Of a stretch of 64,000 nucleotides of DNA, positions 1 through 8,291 are shown one piece after another. Origin of the DNA: Bacteroidota bacterium (lineage in GTDB: Bacteria > Bacteroidota > Bacteroidia > Bacteroidales > FEN-979). The stretch covers positions 4,505 through 68,504 of the forward strand of contig JAPLDH010000033.1 of assembly GCA_026391355.1 (NCBI GenBank), in the 5' to 3' direction. Under the pieces are notes generated by a model. That model made no database searches. It saw nothing but the letters and a program-made list of their open reading frames with translations, and had not been told where the DNA came from. Each line of letters opens with the position of its first letter. Positions within the stretch are counted from its first letter, which is position 1. A program made the translations under genes and the position numbers.

Positions 1-59
1 TTTATGTAAAACAAGGTGATCAGGTTGTAAAATCCCAGTTGCTTGTGGAATTGAAATAA
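1..59 (+). CDS. 3' end of a biotin/lipoyl-attachment-domain protein (e.g. biotin carboxyl carrier), partial
   Basis: Frame from nt 3 reads YVKQGDQVVKSQLLVELK-stop (TAA 57-59), the typical last strands of a biotinyl/lipoyl domain. Not in the ORF track. Confidence 0.7.
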   Translation, partial: YVKQGDQVVKSQLLVELK

Positions 60-131
60 AAGCCAACAACGATCATGAAGAAGGTTCATTCGTGTTCAAT
101 TTTACGAAGTAATATCTTATCAGCATTAAAT

Positions 132-1067
132 TTATTTCATTTCGTTTTTTCTCACTTTTTCCAATAATGAAGTTATTTTTTGCCTGTTTTTTGATTCAGA
201 ATGACTTTTCAATGATTTTATTTTTTCCCAATTTGCACCTAATATTAATTTTAACTCCACAAAACGCATACTTCCATAAGATAACCCCAATCTTGGTAGT
301 GTTAATTTGTTATCGTGTTTTGAAATAAATTTTGCCTCTGTTGAAACAGCGATGATAATATTATTATTCATGAGACAGTTAATTTCTCTTTCCCCAAAAT
401 CAAGATATGGCATACCATTAGGATATGCAAAATAGCTGACTTTGTGTCCAAGTAATTTTTGAAGTTCTATTATCGACCCTGTTATTTCATTGTGGCAAAT
501 CTCATCATTTTCGTTTTTCAAAATTGGATGATTCAAGGTATGTGCACCAACTGTTATCAGCCCGGATTTTTCTACTTCGAGTATTTCATCCAAACTCATA
601 TTTTGGCAATGTTTAGGTAGAGTGTCTGTTTCTTTTTGATAGAATGTTATTATTTCTTGAATTCTAATCAACGGTAAACATAGCATAATATCAAAAAAAG
701 GTATTTCATGTATTGTTTTTATCGGTAATGATAACTCTCTCGAAAGAATAGTTATCATTTTATTGTTATCATACCCCGTAACTTCTTGAAACCAAAAATT
801 TTCTCGCCTGATTGCACTTTTAGGTGAAACAAATAGGGTGGCTGGCACATCATGTTTTTTTAGTATTGGATAAGCAACAGTATAAAATGTTTGATCACCA
901 TCGTCAAAGGAAATATGACAAAATCCTTTTCCCTTTTCATAATTATTAGAGTTCTCAAAGAAACTCAAATGCACTAATGTGTATTTTGCTTTTAATAATA
1001 AAATCACACTTTCAAACCATACGGCGTCATTAACCACATGAAAATTAATAATTAAGTTTCTTTTCAT
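132..1067 (-). CDS. Polysaccharide deacetylase (CE4/NodB family)
   Basis: ISFDDG, GAHTLNHPIL and FAYPNG motifs. Confidence 0.88.
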   Translation of the reverse strand: MKRNLIINFHVVNDAVWFESVILLLKAKYTLVHLSFFENSNNYEKGKGFCHISFDDGDQTFYTVAYPILKKHDVPATLFVSPKSAIRRENFWFQEVTGYDNNKMITILSRELSLPIKTIHEIPFFDIMLCLPLIRIQEIITFYQKETDTLPKHCQNMSLDEILEVEKSGLITVGAHTLNHPILKNENDEICHNEITGSIIELQKLLGHKVSYFAYPNGMPYLDFGEREINCLMNNNIIIAVSTEAKFISKHDNKLTLPRLGLSYGSMRFVELKLILGANWEKIKSLKSHSESKNRQKITSLLEKVRKNEMK

Positions 1068-1082
1068 CTTATGTTTTAATTG

Positions 1083-2132
1083 CTATTTTACATGTTCAAA
1101 ATCGCTGTCGATCAATTCAAAATCCCAATTTGCACTTTTTAGTTTTTCCAGAATACTTTCGACTTTCGAAAAATATGCAAAACGAGGATGGCGAACTATT
1201 GATTTTGTCTTATTTTTTATATAGTCAGACAACTCTTTTTTAGATGTATAAAAACGAATATATGAAAATCCATTCTTTATTCCGTAAATTCCCAATGTGG
1301 AAATCAGTTTTTTTATCTCTATTTTTTCATTAATATCCGAAACCCACAGAATATCAATATATTCCCCATGATTGTTGTTAAGGGAAACCAATGCACTAAA
1401 TTTTTCGGTTTTATAAATAAAGTATTTGTCTTTGTTTGGAGAATTTAACACTCGCCATTTGGCATACTCCATATCTCTTATGGGTGAAACTGTGTTTTCT
1501 GATATTACTTTTGTTTTAGTGTATAAATGGAAAAATGCGTTAAACGATTCTTCGTTTAGTTTTTCTAAATGATATGAAGCATTAGAATATGAATGCCTGC
1601 TGTAAATCAGGAAAAAAACTGGATAAGAAATGTAATTGAAGATTGAACGAATGAAAGCTGGCAAAATTCCATCAAATCCTGGGTGTTTGAATGGCAGCAT
1701 AAAATTGAGGTGCATATAAGTGTCGAATGATTCAATCCAGCCGAATTTTTTAAAAACGCCAATTGATTTTTCATTACAAAATGTAACAAAGCAATCGGAA
1801 AAAGTCATCCATTCTTTGGTAAGAATACTACCTAAGCCATGTTTTTGAAATTCAGGAAGAATTATAAAATCAATAAACCATGAAGCTGTTTGCAAATCAC
1901 CACACATTGAGATATTGAAAGGTATCATTCCCGACTGAGCAAGAACCTGATTTTTATAAACCAAAACCAGTGGTATTTTATTTTCGTAAAAATCAGAACG
2001 ATTTAGCCATTTCCAATTTAATTCTAAAGAATTCAACCTGTTTGGATAAACCTTTCTATAGAAATCAATCAAAAGAGTTGAATCAACATCACAGGCAGAG
2101 TAAATACTGACTTCATCTTTGTTAAATGTCAT
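1083..2132 (-). CDS. GNAT-family acyltransferase (two-domain, glycan-locus type)
   Basis: DFIILPEFQKHGLGS acyl-CoA motif A; C-terminal DSD ending typical of this group. Confidence 0.75.
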   Translation of the reverse strand: MTFNKDEVSIYSACDVDSTLLIDFYRKVYPNRLNSLELNWKWLNRSDFYENKIPLVLVYKNQVLAQSGMIPFNISMCGDLQTASWFIDFIILPEFQKHGLGSILTKEWMTFSDCFVTFCNEKSIGVFKKFGWIESFDTYMHLNFMLPFKHPGFDGILPAFIRSIFNYISYPVFFLIYSRHSYSNASYHLEKLNEESFNAFFHLYTKTKVISENTVSPIRDMEYAKWRVLNSPNKDKYFIYKTEKFSALVSLNNNHGEYIDILWVSDINEKIEIKKLISTLGIYGIKNGFSYIRFYTSKKELSDYIKNKTKSIVRHPRFAYFSKVESILEKLKSANWDFELIDSDFEHVK

Positions 2133-2227
2133 ATTATCTATAATTATTGTTTTTTCTTACCCCTAAGCAAAGTATTCTATTTCTCATACAAAGGTATTAA
2201 CTTCTAAAAATCTTGAAGAGAAAAATT

Positions 2228-2257
2228 TTTGAGTCTCAATTAATATACATATCTTTG
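2228..2257 (+). promoter_or_regulatory. Bacteroidota housekeeping promoter for rpsT
   Basis: TTTG 2228-2231, 18 nt spacer, TATCTTTG 2250-2257. Confidence 0.75.
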
Positions 2258-2333
2258 CACGCTTTAAAAAATTAGCCGGAAATAAAGAAAAGATAAAGCT
2301 GAAAGAAATTCATTTACAATAAATTACCAAGAA

Positions 2334-2597
2334 ATGGCAAACCATAAATCATCAGAAAAACGCATCCGATCCACGAAAACCAAACAGTTGGATAATAAGT
2401 ACCATGGAAAAACAGTCAGAAATTCAGTAAAGAAAATCAGGAATACCGATGAACCGGCTGAAGTAGCTGCCCAACTCCCAAAGGTGGTCTCCATGTTGGA
2501 TAAACTTGCAAAGAAAAGCGTGATTCATAAAAATAAAGCATCTAATCTGAAATCCAAGTTGATGAAAAACGCCAATGCTGCGAAAGTAAAAGCATAA
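2334..2597 (+). CDS. rpsT: 30S ribosomal protein S20
   Basis: [12 protein letters not shown]...[13 protein letters not shown] signature, 87 aa. Confidence 0.98.
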   Translation: MANHKSSEKRIRSTKTKQLDNKYHGKTVRNSVKKIRNTDEPAEVAAQLPKVVSMLDKLAKKSVIHKNKASNLKSKLMKNANAAKVKA

Positions 2598-2635
2598 TCA
2601 ATTTCTCAGCCTGAGAAAACAATATTCGCTTCACG

Positions 2636-2685
2636 GAACCACAAATTGACACTTTTTAAAAGTGTTGGTCTGTGGTTCTCTTTTT
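2636..2685 (+). terminator. Intrinsic terminator of rpsT
   Basis: Imperfect hairpin GAACCACA...TGTGGTTC (2636-2678) followed by TCTTTTT. Confidence 0.65.
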
Positions 2686-2695
2686 AATAACTTTG
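2665..2695 (+). promoter_or_regulatory. Promoter for the acyltransferase-engB operon
   Basis: TTG 2665-2667, 20 nt spacer, TAACTTTG 2688-2695. Confidence 0.65.
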
Positions 2696-2728
2696 CCATC
2701 CTGATTGAACTTACCTGACGGTTGAAAT

Positions 2729-3637
2729 ATGTCGGATAATACAATAAATGAGATCCCGCTGATTACCGAACACTTTATAGATATAGAAAAAGTGTTTGGT
2801 TCCAAGAACCCTAATCTTCTAAAGGTTCTGCCGAAGTTCGTTTTCAAATACCTCCGCTGGGTTATTCATGAAGATTTCATTAATATGGTGATTTACAAAT
2901 ACCGGAATTGTACCGGGCTTGAATTTGTGGATGGATCATTAAAGGAATTTGGTGTCAGAATCGAAGTATATGCATCTGATGAAATTGGTCAGGATCATCA
3001 GGTCATCAGCTTATCATCTGATAACTTGATCAATTCTAACATTATTCCTCCCGGTGGCCGGTATATCATCGCATCAAACCATCCGTTGGGGGGTCTCGAC
3101 GGTCTTGCACTGATGAAAGTGGTTGGAACAATAAGACCTGATATCGTCTTTCCTGTGAATGACCTATTGATGAACGTTCCGGGCTTAAAACCTCTCTTCA
3201 TCCCGATCAACAAGCATGGAAAGAATATAGACAATATCTCCATTATCGATCAAACCTTTGCTTCTGATAAACTGATCCTTTATTTTCCTGCCGGACTGGT
3301 TTCCAGAAAACACAGTGGAGGAATAATCAAAGATCTTGACTGGAAGCAAACCTTTATCTCAAAATCCTTAAAATATAAGAGAGATATTATACCTGTTTAT
3401 ATTTCAGGCAGAAATTCCAATTTTTTCTATAACCTGTCGAAATGGCGGGGAAAACTCGGGATTAAAGCAAATATTGAAATGCTTTCCCTTCCCGATGAGA
3501 TGGTCAGGCAGAAGGACAAATCGATCCGGATCATCTTTGGTAAACCCATTCCCTGGCCAACTTTTAATAAGTCAAAGACCCGGACAGAGTGGGCAGAATT
3601 TGTACAAAATAAGGTTTATGCCATGGCGCCAAGTTGA
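2729..3637 (+). CDS. LPLAT/PlsC-type acyltransferase, GlsA/OlsA-like O-acyltransferase of amino-lipid synthesis
   Basis: ASNHPLGGLDG (HX4D) and FPAGLVSR motifs; adjacent to a GlsB-like gene. Confidence 0.8.
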   Translation: MSDNTINEIPLITEHFIDIEKVFGSKNPNLLKVLPKFVFKYLRWVIHEDFINMVIYKYRNCTGLEFVDGSLKEFGVRIEVYASDEIGQDHQVISLSSDNLINSNIIPPGGRYIIASNHPLGGLDGLALMKVVGTIRPDIVFPVNDLLMNVPGLKPLFIPINKHGKNIDNISIIDQTFASDKLILYFPAGLVSRKHSGGIIKDLDWKQTFISKSLKYKRDIIPVYISGRNSNFFYNLSKWRGKLGIKANIEMLSLPDEMVRQKDKSIRIIFGKPIPWPTFNKSKTRTEWAEFVQNKVYAMAPS

Positions 3638-3661
3638 GCGGAATTGCAAATTCCGCTCAGC
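3633..3661. repeat. GC-rich inverted repeat overlapping the stop codon
   Basis: TGAGCGGAATT-GCA-AATTCCGCTCA, perfect 11-bp stem, no U tract. Confidence 0.7.
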
Positions 3662-3756
3662 GTTATGGACTATTATTCAGCACTATGCGCTCTGCGGAGT
3701 TTTTAGTCAATTCCTGCAGGAGTTGAGTTTATTCAATCATTAGTAATTAAACAGCA

Positions 3757-4731
3757 ATGGAAACAATCATTCCTCCTGTTGAACCCAAGTTACTGGAACA
3801 TGAACTGACCGATAACAAGTTTGTCCGTAACACAAATAATGGGCATAACAAAATATATGTTTTCACAGCGCATGATTCCCCGAATCTGATGAGAGAAGTC
3901 GGAAGGCTTCGAGAAATTACATTTCGTGATGCCGGAGGCGGAACAGGCAAAGCCGTGGATATTGACCTGTTTGACCTCGCTGATAAACCTTTTCAGCAAC
4001 TGATCGTATGGAATCCTGAAATGAAAGAAATTATCGGTGGTTACCGGTTTATTCATGGTCAAGATATACCATATAATTCTGATGGAGGCCTGCATTGCGC
4101 TACTGCTGAACTATTTAACTTTTCCGATAAGTTTGTACGTGATTACCTCTCCCTTTCGATTGAACTGGGCCGGTCATTTGTTCAACCCGAATATCAGCCA
4201 ACCGTAAACCTGAAAAAAGGAATGTATTCCCTTGATAATCTTTGGGACGGGCTTGGGGCTATGATTATTGACAATCCCGAAATCAAGTACTTCTTTGGAA
4301 AAATGACGATGTACACCGATTACAACCGGACAGCCAGGGACATAATCCATCACTTTCTTTCAAAATATTTTCCTGATAATGAACATCTTCTGACTCCCAG
4401 AATTCCCATCAGGATCGAGACTGATCCCGGGTTTTTGTCCAACATATTTGTCGGTGAAACATATTCGGAAAATTATAAAATCCTTATTCACCAGATCCGA
4501 ATACTGAATGAGCATATTCCTGCACTTGTCAATGCTTACATGAACCTCTCCCCGACCATGAGAACCTTTGGTACCTCGATCAATGCGGCATTTGGAGGTG
4601 TAGAAGAAACGGGTATCATGATCTCCATTGAAGACATCTATCCCCGGAAAAAAGAACGTCACCTGGCTTCCTACATGCACCGGTTTTCATCTCTCAAAGG
4701 ACTGAAATTCAGGAGAAAGAAAAAAGAATGA
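3757..4731 (+). CDS. GNAT N-acyltransferase, GlsB/OlsB-like (glycine/ornithine lipid synthesis)
   Basis: REVGRLREITFR, DIDLFD, IIGGYR, IELGRSFVQPEYQ, LDNLWDGL and NAYMNLSP motifs. Confidence 0.85.
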   Translation: METIIPPVEPKLLEHELTDNKFVRNTNNGHNKIYVFTAHDSPNLMREVGRLREITFRDAGGGTGKAVDIDLFDLADKPFQQLIVWNPEMKEIIGGYRFIHGQDIPYNSDGGLHCATAELFNFSDKFVRDYLSLSIELGRSFVQPEYQPTVNLKKGMYSLDNLWDGLGAMIIDNPEIKYFFGKMTMYTDYNRTARDIIHHFLSKYFPDNEHLLTPRIPIRIETDPGFLSNIFVGETYSENYKILIHQIRILNEHIPALVNAYMNLSPTMRTFGTSINAAFGGVEETGIMISIEDIYPRKKERHLASYMHRFSSLKGLKFRRKKKE

Positions 4732-4782
4732 AAGCGGCTGAATGGTTATTTGAATAATGAACAATTTTGGCAGAAAAAACGT

Positions 4783-5376
4783 ATGATAATTGAAACCTCA
4801 GCCTTTATTTGCAGTTCCCCAAACTTCAAGTCCTGTCCCGATAGTGATTATCCGGAATTTGCATTTATCGGGCGCTCCAATGTTGGCAAGTCTTCGCTGA
4901 TCAATTTTCTCCTCAACAGGAAGGGCCTGGCCAAAGTTTCACAACAACCAGGAAAAACACGCATGGTCAATCATTTCTATGTAAATAACAAATGGTATCT
5001 TGTTGACCTTCCGGGATATGGGTACGCAAAAATTCCCCTGAAAGAACGGGAGCGATTGGAAACTCTCATTTATCAATACCTCTCGAAGAGAAAAAACCTG
5101 GAACATACATTCCTGCTGATTGACTCACGGTTAAATCCTCAACCTGCGGATACCCGGTTTATGACCTGGATGGTTTCCCATCATAATTCCTTTACGATCC
5201 TTTTTACAAAATCCGATAAACTGACAAAAAACCGGTTGACCCAAAACCTCAATAACTACAAAAAAATTCTTATGGAATTTAATTTTTACCCCGAGCGGGT
5301 TATCCCTGTTTCTGTCATTACCCGAACAGGTAAAGATGAAATTCTTCAAACCATTGAATCCGTTTTGAATTCTTGA
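4783..5376 (+). CDS. engB: Ribosome biogenesis GTP-binding protein YihA/YsxC
   Basis: GRSNVGKSS, PGKT, DLPGYGYA and TKSDKL motifs; ATG at 4783 preferred over TTG at 4750. Confidence 0.95.
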   Translation: MIIETSAFICSSPNFKSCPDSDYPEFAFIGRSNVGKSSLINFLLNRKGLAKVSQQPGKTRMVNHFYVNNKWYLVDLPGYGYAKIPLKERERLETLIYQYLSKRKNLEHTFLLIDSRLNPQPADTRFMTWMVSHHNSFTILFTKSDKLTKNRLTQNLNNYKKILMEFNFYPERVIPVSVITRTGKDEILQTIESVLNS

Positions 5377-5378
5377 TT

Positions 5379-6437
5379 ATGAAAATTGTTACCATTATTG
5401 GTGCACGTCCTCAATTCATTAAAGCTGCAACCGTTTCCCGCCAATTCCGGGGAGTCCCTGATATCCATGAAATACTTGTTCATACAGGCCAGCATTATGA
5501 TGAGAATATGTCGGAAGTCTTCTTTCGTGAACTCGAAATTCCCCTGCCCGATTTCAATCTTGGGGTTGGTTCAGGAACACACGCTTATCAAACCGGCATG
5601 ATGATGATTAAAATCGAGGAGGTCCTCTTACGCGAAAAACCCGACTTTACGTTGGTTTACGGAGATACAAACTCAACCATTGCCGGTAGTCTCTCATCCG
5701 TAAAACTTCACATCCCGGTTGCCCACGTGGAAGCCGGTTTGAGAAGCTTCAACCGTTCAATGCCTGAAGAGATCAACCGCATTGTGACCGACCGTATCTC
5801 TGACCTTTTGTTCGCACCAACCACGACAGCTATTAAAAACCTTGAAAATGAAGGGCTCGCAGGTAATGCTTGTTTTACAGGCGATGTTATGTATGATTCC
5901 GTTCTTTATTACGCTGCCTCCATCCGCAGCAACCCTGAAAAATTCAATACTAAAGGAATACCCGGCCTGTATCTGCTGGCTACCATTCACCGGGCAGAAA
6001 ATACCGACAATCCTGAAAATATTCTCAATATTCTTGAAGCATTTTCCAGAATAGATTATCCGGTGATCTTTCCTGTTCATCCACGTACCCGGAAAGTGAT
6101 CTCTTCGATTGCTGATATCCCCTCAAATGTACATGTCATTAATCCGGTCGGGTATCTGGAAATGCTGAAATTAACAATGAACGCGCATAAAGTGATTACC
6201 GATTCCGGTGGATTACAAAAAGAAGCTTATTTTCTTGGAAAACAGTGCATTACCATTCGCAATGAGACAGAATGGGTGGAAACCCTGCATGATCATTGGA
6301 ATATCCTTACAGGTACCCTGCCCGGGAAGATATTGGAGGCAATTCATAGCAACATTCCGATATCCCCCCGCAAAACAGAGTTTGGTAATGGAAAAGCTGG
6401 TGCGGTGATCCTTGAAAAACTGCATGGAAGAGTATAA
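5379..6437 (+). CDS. wecB: UDP-N-acetylglucosamine 2-epimerase family, non-hydrolysing; WbpI-like subtype
   Basis: GARPQFIKAA, HTGQHYD, VYGDTNST, HVEAGLRS, TIHRAENTD and DSGGLQKEA motifs. Confidence 0.9.
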   Translation: MKIVTIIGARPQFIKAATVSRQFRGVPDIHEILVHTGQHYDENMSEVFFRELEIPLPDFNLGVGSGTHAYQTGMMMIKIEEVLLREKPDFTLVYGDTNSTIAGSLSSVKLHIPVAHVEAGLRSFNRSMPEEINRIVTDRISDLLFAPTTTAIKNLENEGLAGNACFTGDVMYDSVLYYAASIRSNPEKFNTKGIPGLYLLATIHRAENTDNPENILNILEAFSRIDYPVIFPVHPRTRKVISSIADIPSNVHVINPVGYLEMLKLTMNAHKVITDSGGLQKEAYFLGKQCITIRNETEWVETLHDHWNILTGTLPGKILEAIHSNIPISPRKTEFGNGKAGAVILEKLHGRV

Positions 6438-6517
6438 ATCTTTTTAACATTCCTTCTTGTCTATTGTAAATTTCCTTGCATACCTGCGGGTTTAACCAAA
6501 ATTTTATACTTAATATC

Positions 6518-6548
6518 TTGCATTTTAAAAATAAAAAGAGTAATTTTG
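6518..6548 (+). promoter_or_regulatory. Promoter of the upxY glycan operon
   Basis: TTG 6518-6520, 20 nt spacer, TAATTTTG 6541-6548. Confidence 0.75.
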
Positions 6549-6554
6549 TTACTC
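6538..6554. promoter_or_regulatory. Palindromic candidate operator overlapping the -7 box
   Basis: GAGTAA-TTTTG-TTACTC, perfect 6-bp inverted repeat. Confidence 0.55.
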
Positions 6555-6580
6555 AATTATGGAAACCTGTTAATTGACCT

Positions 6581-7090
6581 ATGGATGATCCGGCGAAATG
6601 GTATGCTGTTTATACCAAATCACGAAATGAGAAAAAGCTTACAGGGCGCCTGAATGAGAAGGGAATTGAAGCCTATGTTCCGTTGCGAAAAACGTTGAAA
6701 CAATGGTCTGATCGTAAAAAATTTGTCGAAGAACCCCTCATCAGTTCTTATGTTTTCGTGAATATTCAATCTTCCCGTTACTATGATGTTTTAAATACCC
6801 AGGGAGCGGTCAGGTATATTTGGTTCAATGGAAAGCCTGCATCCATTCCTGATTCCCAGATCCAGCTATTGAAGATCCTGGCAACATCCGGTTATGATGT
6901 GGAATGCACTTCAAACAGTCTTCCAAAAGGAAGTCATGTCCGCGTTACCAGTGGTCCCCTGAAAGGTCTGACCGGGGAATTGGTCAATTTTGCCGGAAAT
7001 AACAAAGTTATCCTTCGTCTTGATACACTCGATAAAGTGTTGGTGCTGACTATCTCACCATACTTCCTCGAATCGATAGCGGAAAATTAG
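6581..7090 (+). CDS. upxY: UpxY-family transcription antiterminator (NusG/RfaH paralogue)
   Basis: WYAVYTKSRNEKK, WSDRKK, PLISSYVFV NGN domain; KOW motif VRVTSGPLKGLTG; first gene of a glycan locus. Confidence 0.92.
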   Translation: MDDPAKWYAVYTKSRNEKKLTGRLNEKGIEAYVPLRKTLKQWSDRKKFVEEPLISSYVFVNIQSSRYYDVLNTQGAVRYIWFNGKPASIPDSQIQLLKILATSGYDVECTSNSLPKGSHVRVTSGPLKGLTGELVNFAGNNKVILRLDTLDKVLVLTISPYFLESIAEN

Positions 7091-7165
7091 ATTTCCGGAA
7101 TAATATTCTTTTCTTCGGCTATGTCCTGTTTTTATAAAATGGGACTGAAAGGGCGAAGCTGTACT

Positions 7166-7729
7166 ATGCTCAATACCTTAATCACCAGCAAAACCCGCAT
7201 CAAGCTGCTGCTCCGGTTCTTCCTGAACAGCGATTCGACTTCCTATTTGCGAAATCTGGAGAGTGAATTTGCCGAATCCACCAATGCAATCCGGGTTGAA
7301 CTCAATCGTTTTGAGAAAGCAGGATTGCTGATTACATCCCTGAAAGGAAACAGGAAAATCTTCCAGGCCAATCAGAATCATCCTCTCTATTCCGATATTC
7401 ACAATATCCTTGTTAAATATGTTGGTCTTGACCAGATCATCGACAAAGTGGTTCAATTACTGGGTGGAGTTGAAAAAGCATATATTACAGGTGATCTTGC
7501 CCTGGGGTTGGATGTAAATAGCATTTCCCTTCTGTTGATCGGTGATGACATCAATCGCCAATATCTTGCCAAACTGATTAAAAAAGCTGAAATACTGATC
7601 AATAAGAAGATCACATGTGTGATCCTTCCAGCTCCTGAGGAAAAGGATTACCTGAAGAAGTATCCTGAAGCATTGTTGATCTGGCTGTCAAATCATGAAA
7701 TAAGCTTAAAAGAATCCATTGAAAAGTAA
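7166..7729 (+). CDS. ArsR-like winged-helix regulator with a C-terminal nucleotidyltransferase-like fold
   Basis: LITSKTRIKLL...YLRNLESEF.ESTNAIRVELNRFEKAGLL wHTH; C-terminal AYITGDLALG...ISLLLIG. Confidence 0.8.
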   Translation: MLNTLITSKTRIKLLLRFFLNSDSTSYLRNLESEFAESTNAIRVELNRFEKAGLLITSLKGNRKIFQANQNHPLYSDIHNILVKYVGLDQIIDKVVQLLGGVEKAYITGDLALGLDVNSISLLLIGDDINRQYLAKLIKKAEILINKKITCVILPAPEEKDYLKKYPEALLIWLSNHEISLKESIEK

Positions 7730-7745
7730 AATCACAAGTCCTCAC

Positions 7746-8267
7746 ATGATTGCGTATAAAACTGACATTGCCCTTGGAACAGCAAAAGTACTTGGATTCA
7801 ATTTAACGAATAATTTCAGACATCCTTTCTTCTCAACATCGGTAAAGGATTTCTGTCAACGGTGGCACATTACTCTTTCATTTTGGCTGCGTGATTATCT
7901 TTTCCTGCCTTGGGCTTATTTCCTGTCTAAAAATCTTAAAAAAGAATCTTATTTCAACATAAAGACAGAACAGATCATCTATTCCGCAGCAATTTTTATA
8001 ACGTTTTTTATTTGTGGTGTCTGGCATGGAAAAGAACCTACCTTCATGTTATGGGGCATTTCGTTTGCTATTCTGCTCATCTGGGCACGGCTTATGGATA
8101 AACCCTTCAGGAAATTCAGGTTTTGGACAGGAATTTCTAAAAATTCAGGTCTTTACAAAACATTTAAGATCCTTCTTACATTCATCCTTATTTCACTGAT
8201 AATGGTTTTCTTCCGGAGTGAGAGCGTGAATGATGCATTTTATATCATCCGGAAGGCACAAAAATAA
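7746..8267 (+). pseudogene. 5'-truncated MBOAT (AlgI/DltB-like) O-acyltransferase
   Basis: Only the C-terminal half is present: TDIALG, NF.HPF, FCQRWHITLS, GVWHG. About 180 aa, whereas intact members are roughly 450-500 aa. Confidence 0.7.
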
Positions 8268-8291
8268 AAATCACATTCAGTTGCTGACGAA

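Noticed and set aside
2729-4731. Hemolysin annotation often given to this gene pair
   Set aside because: The motifs are those of LPLAT and OlsB/GlsB acyltransferases.
6438-6580. Invertible promoter upstream of upxY
   Set aside because: No long flanking inverted repeats and no recombinase were seen.
7166-7729. MNT-HEPN toxin-antitoxin system
   Set aside because: There is no HEPN neighbour and the catalytic motif is degenerate.
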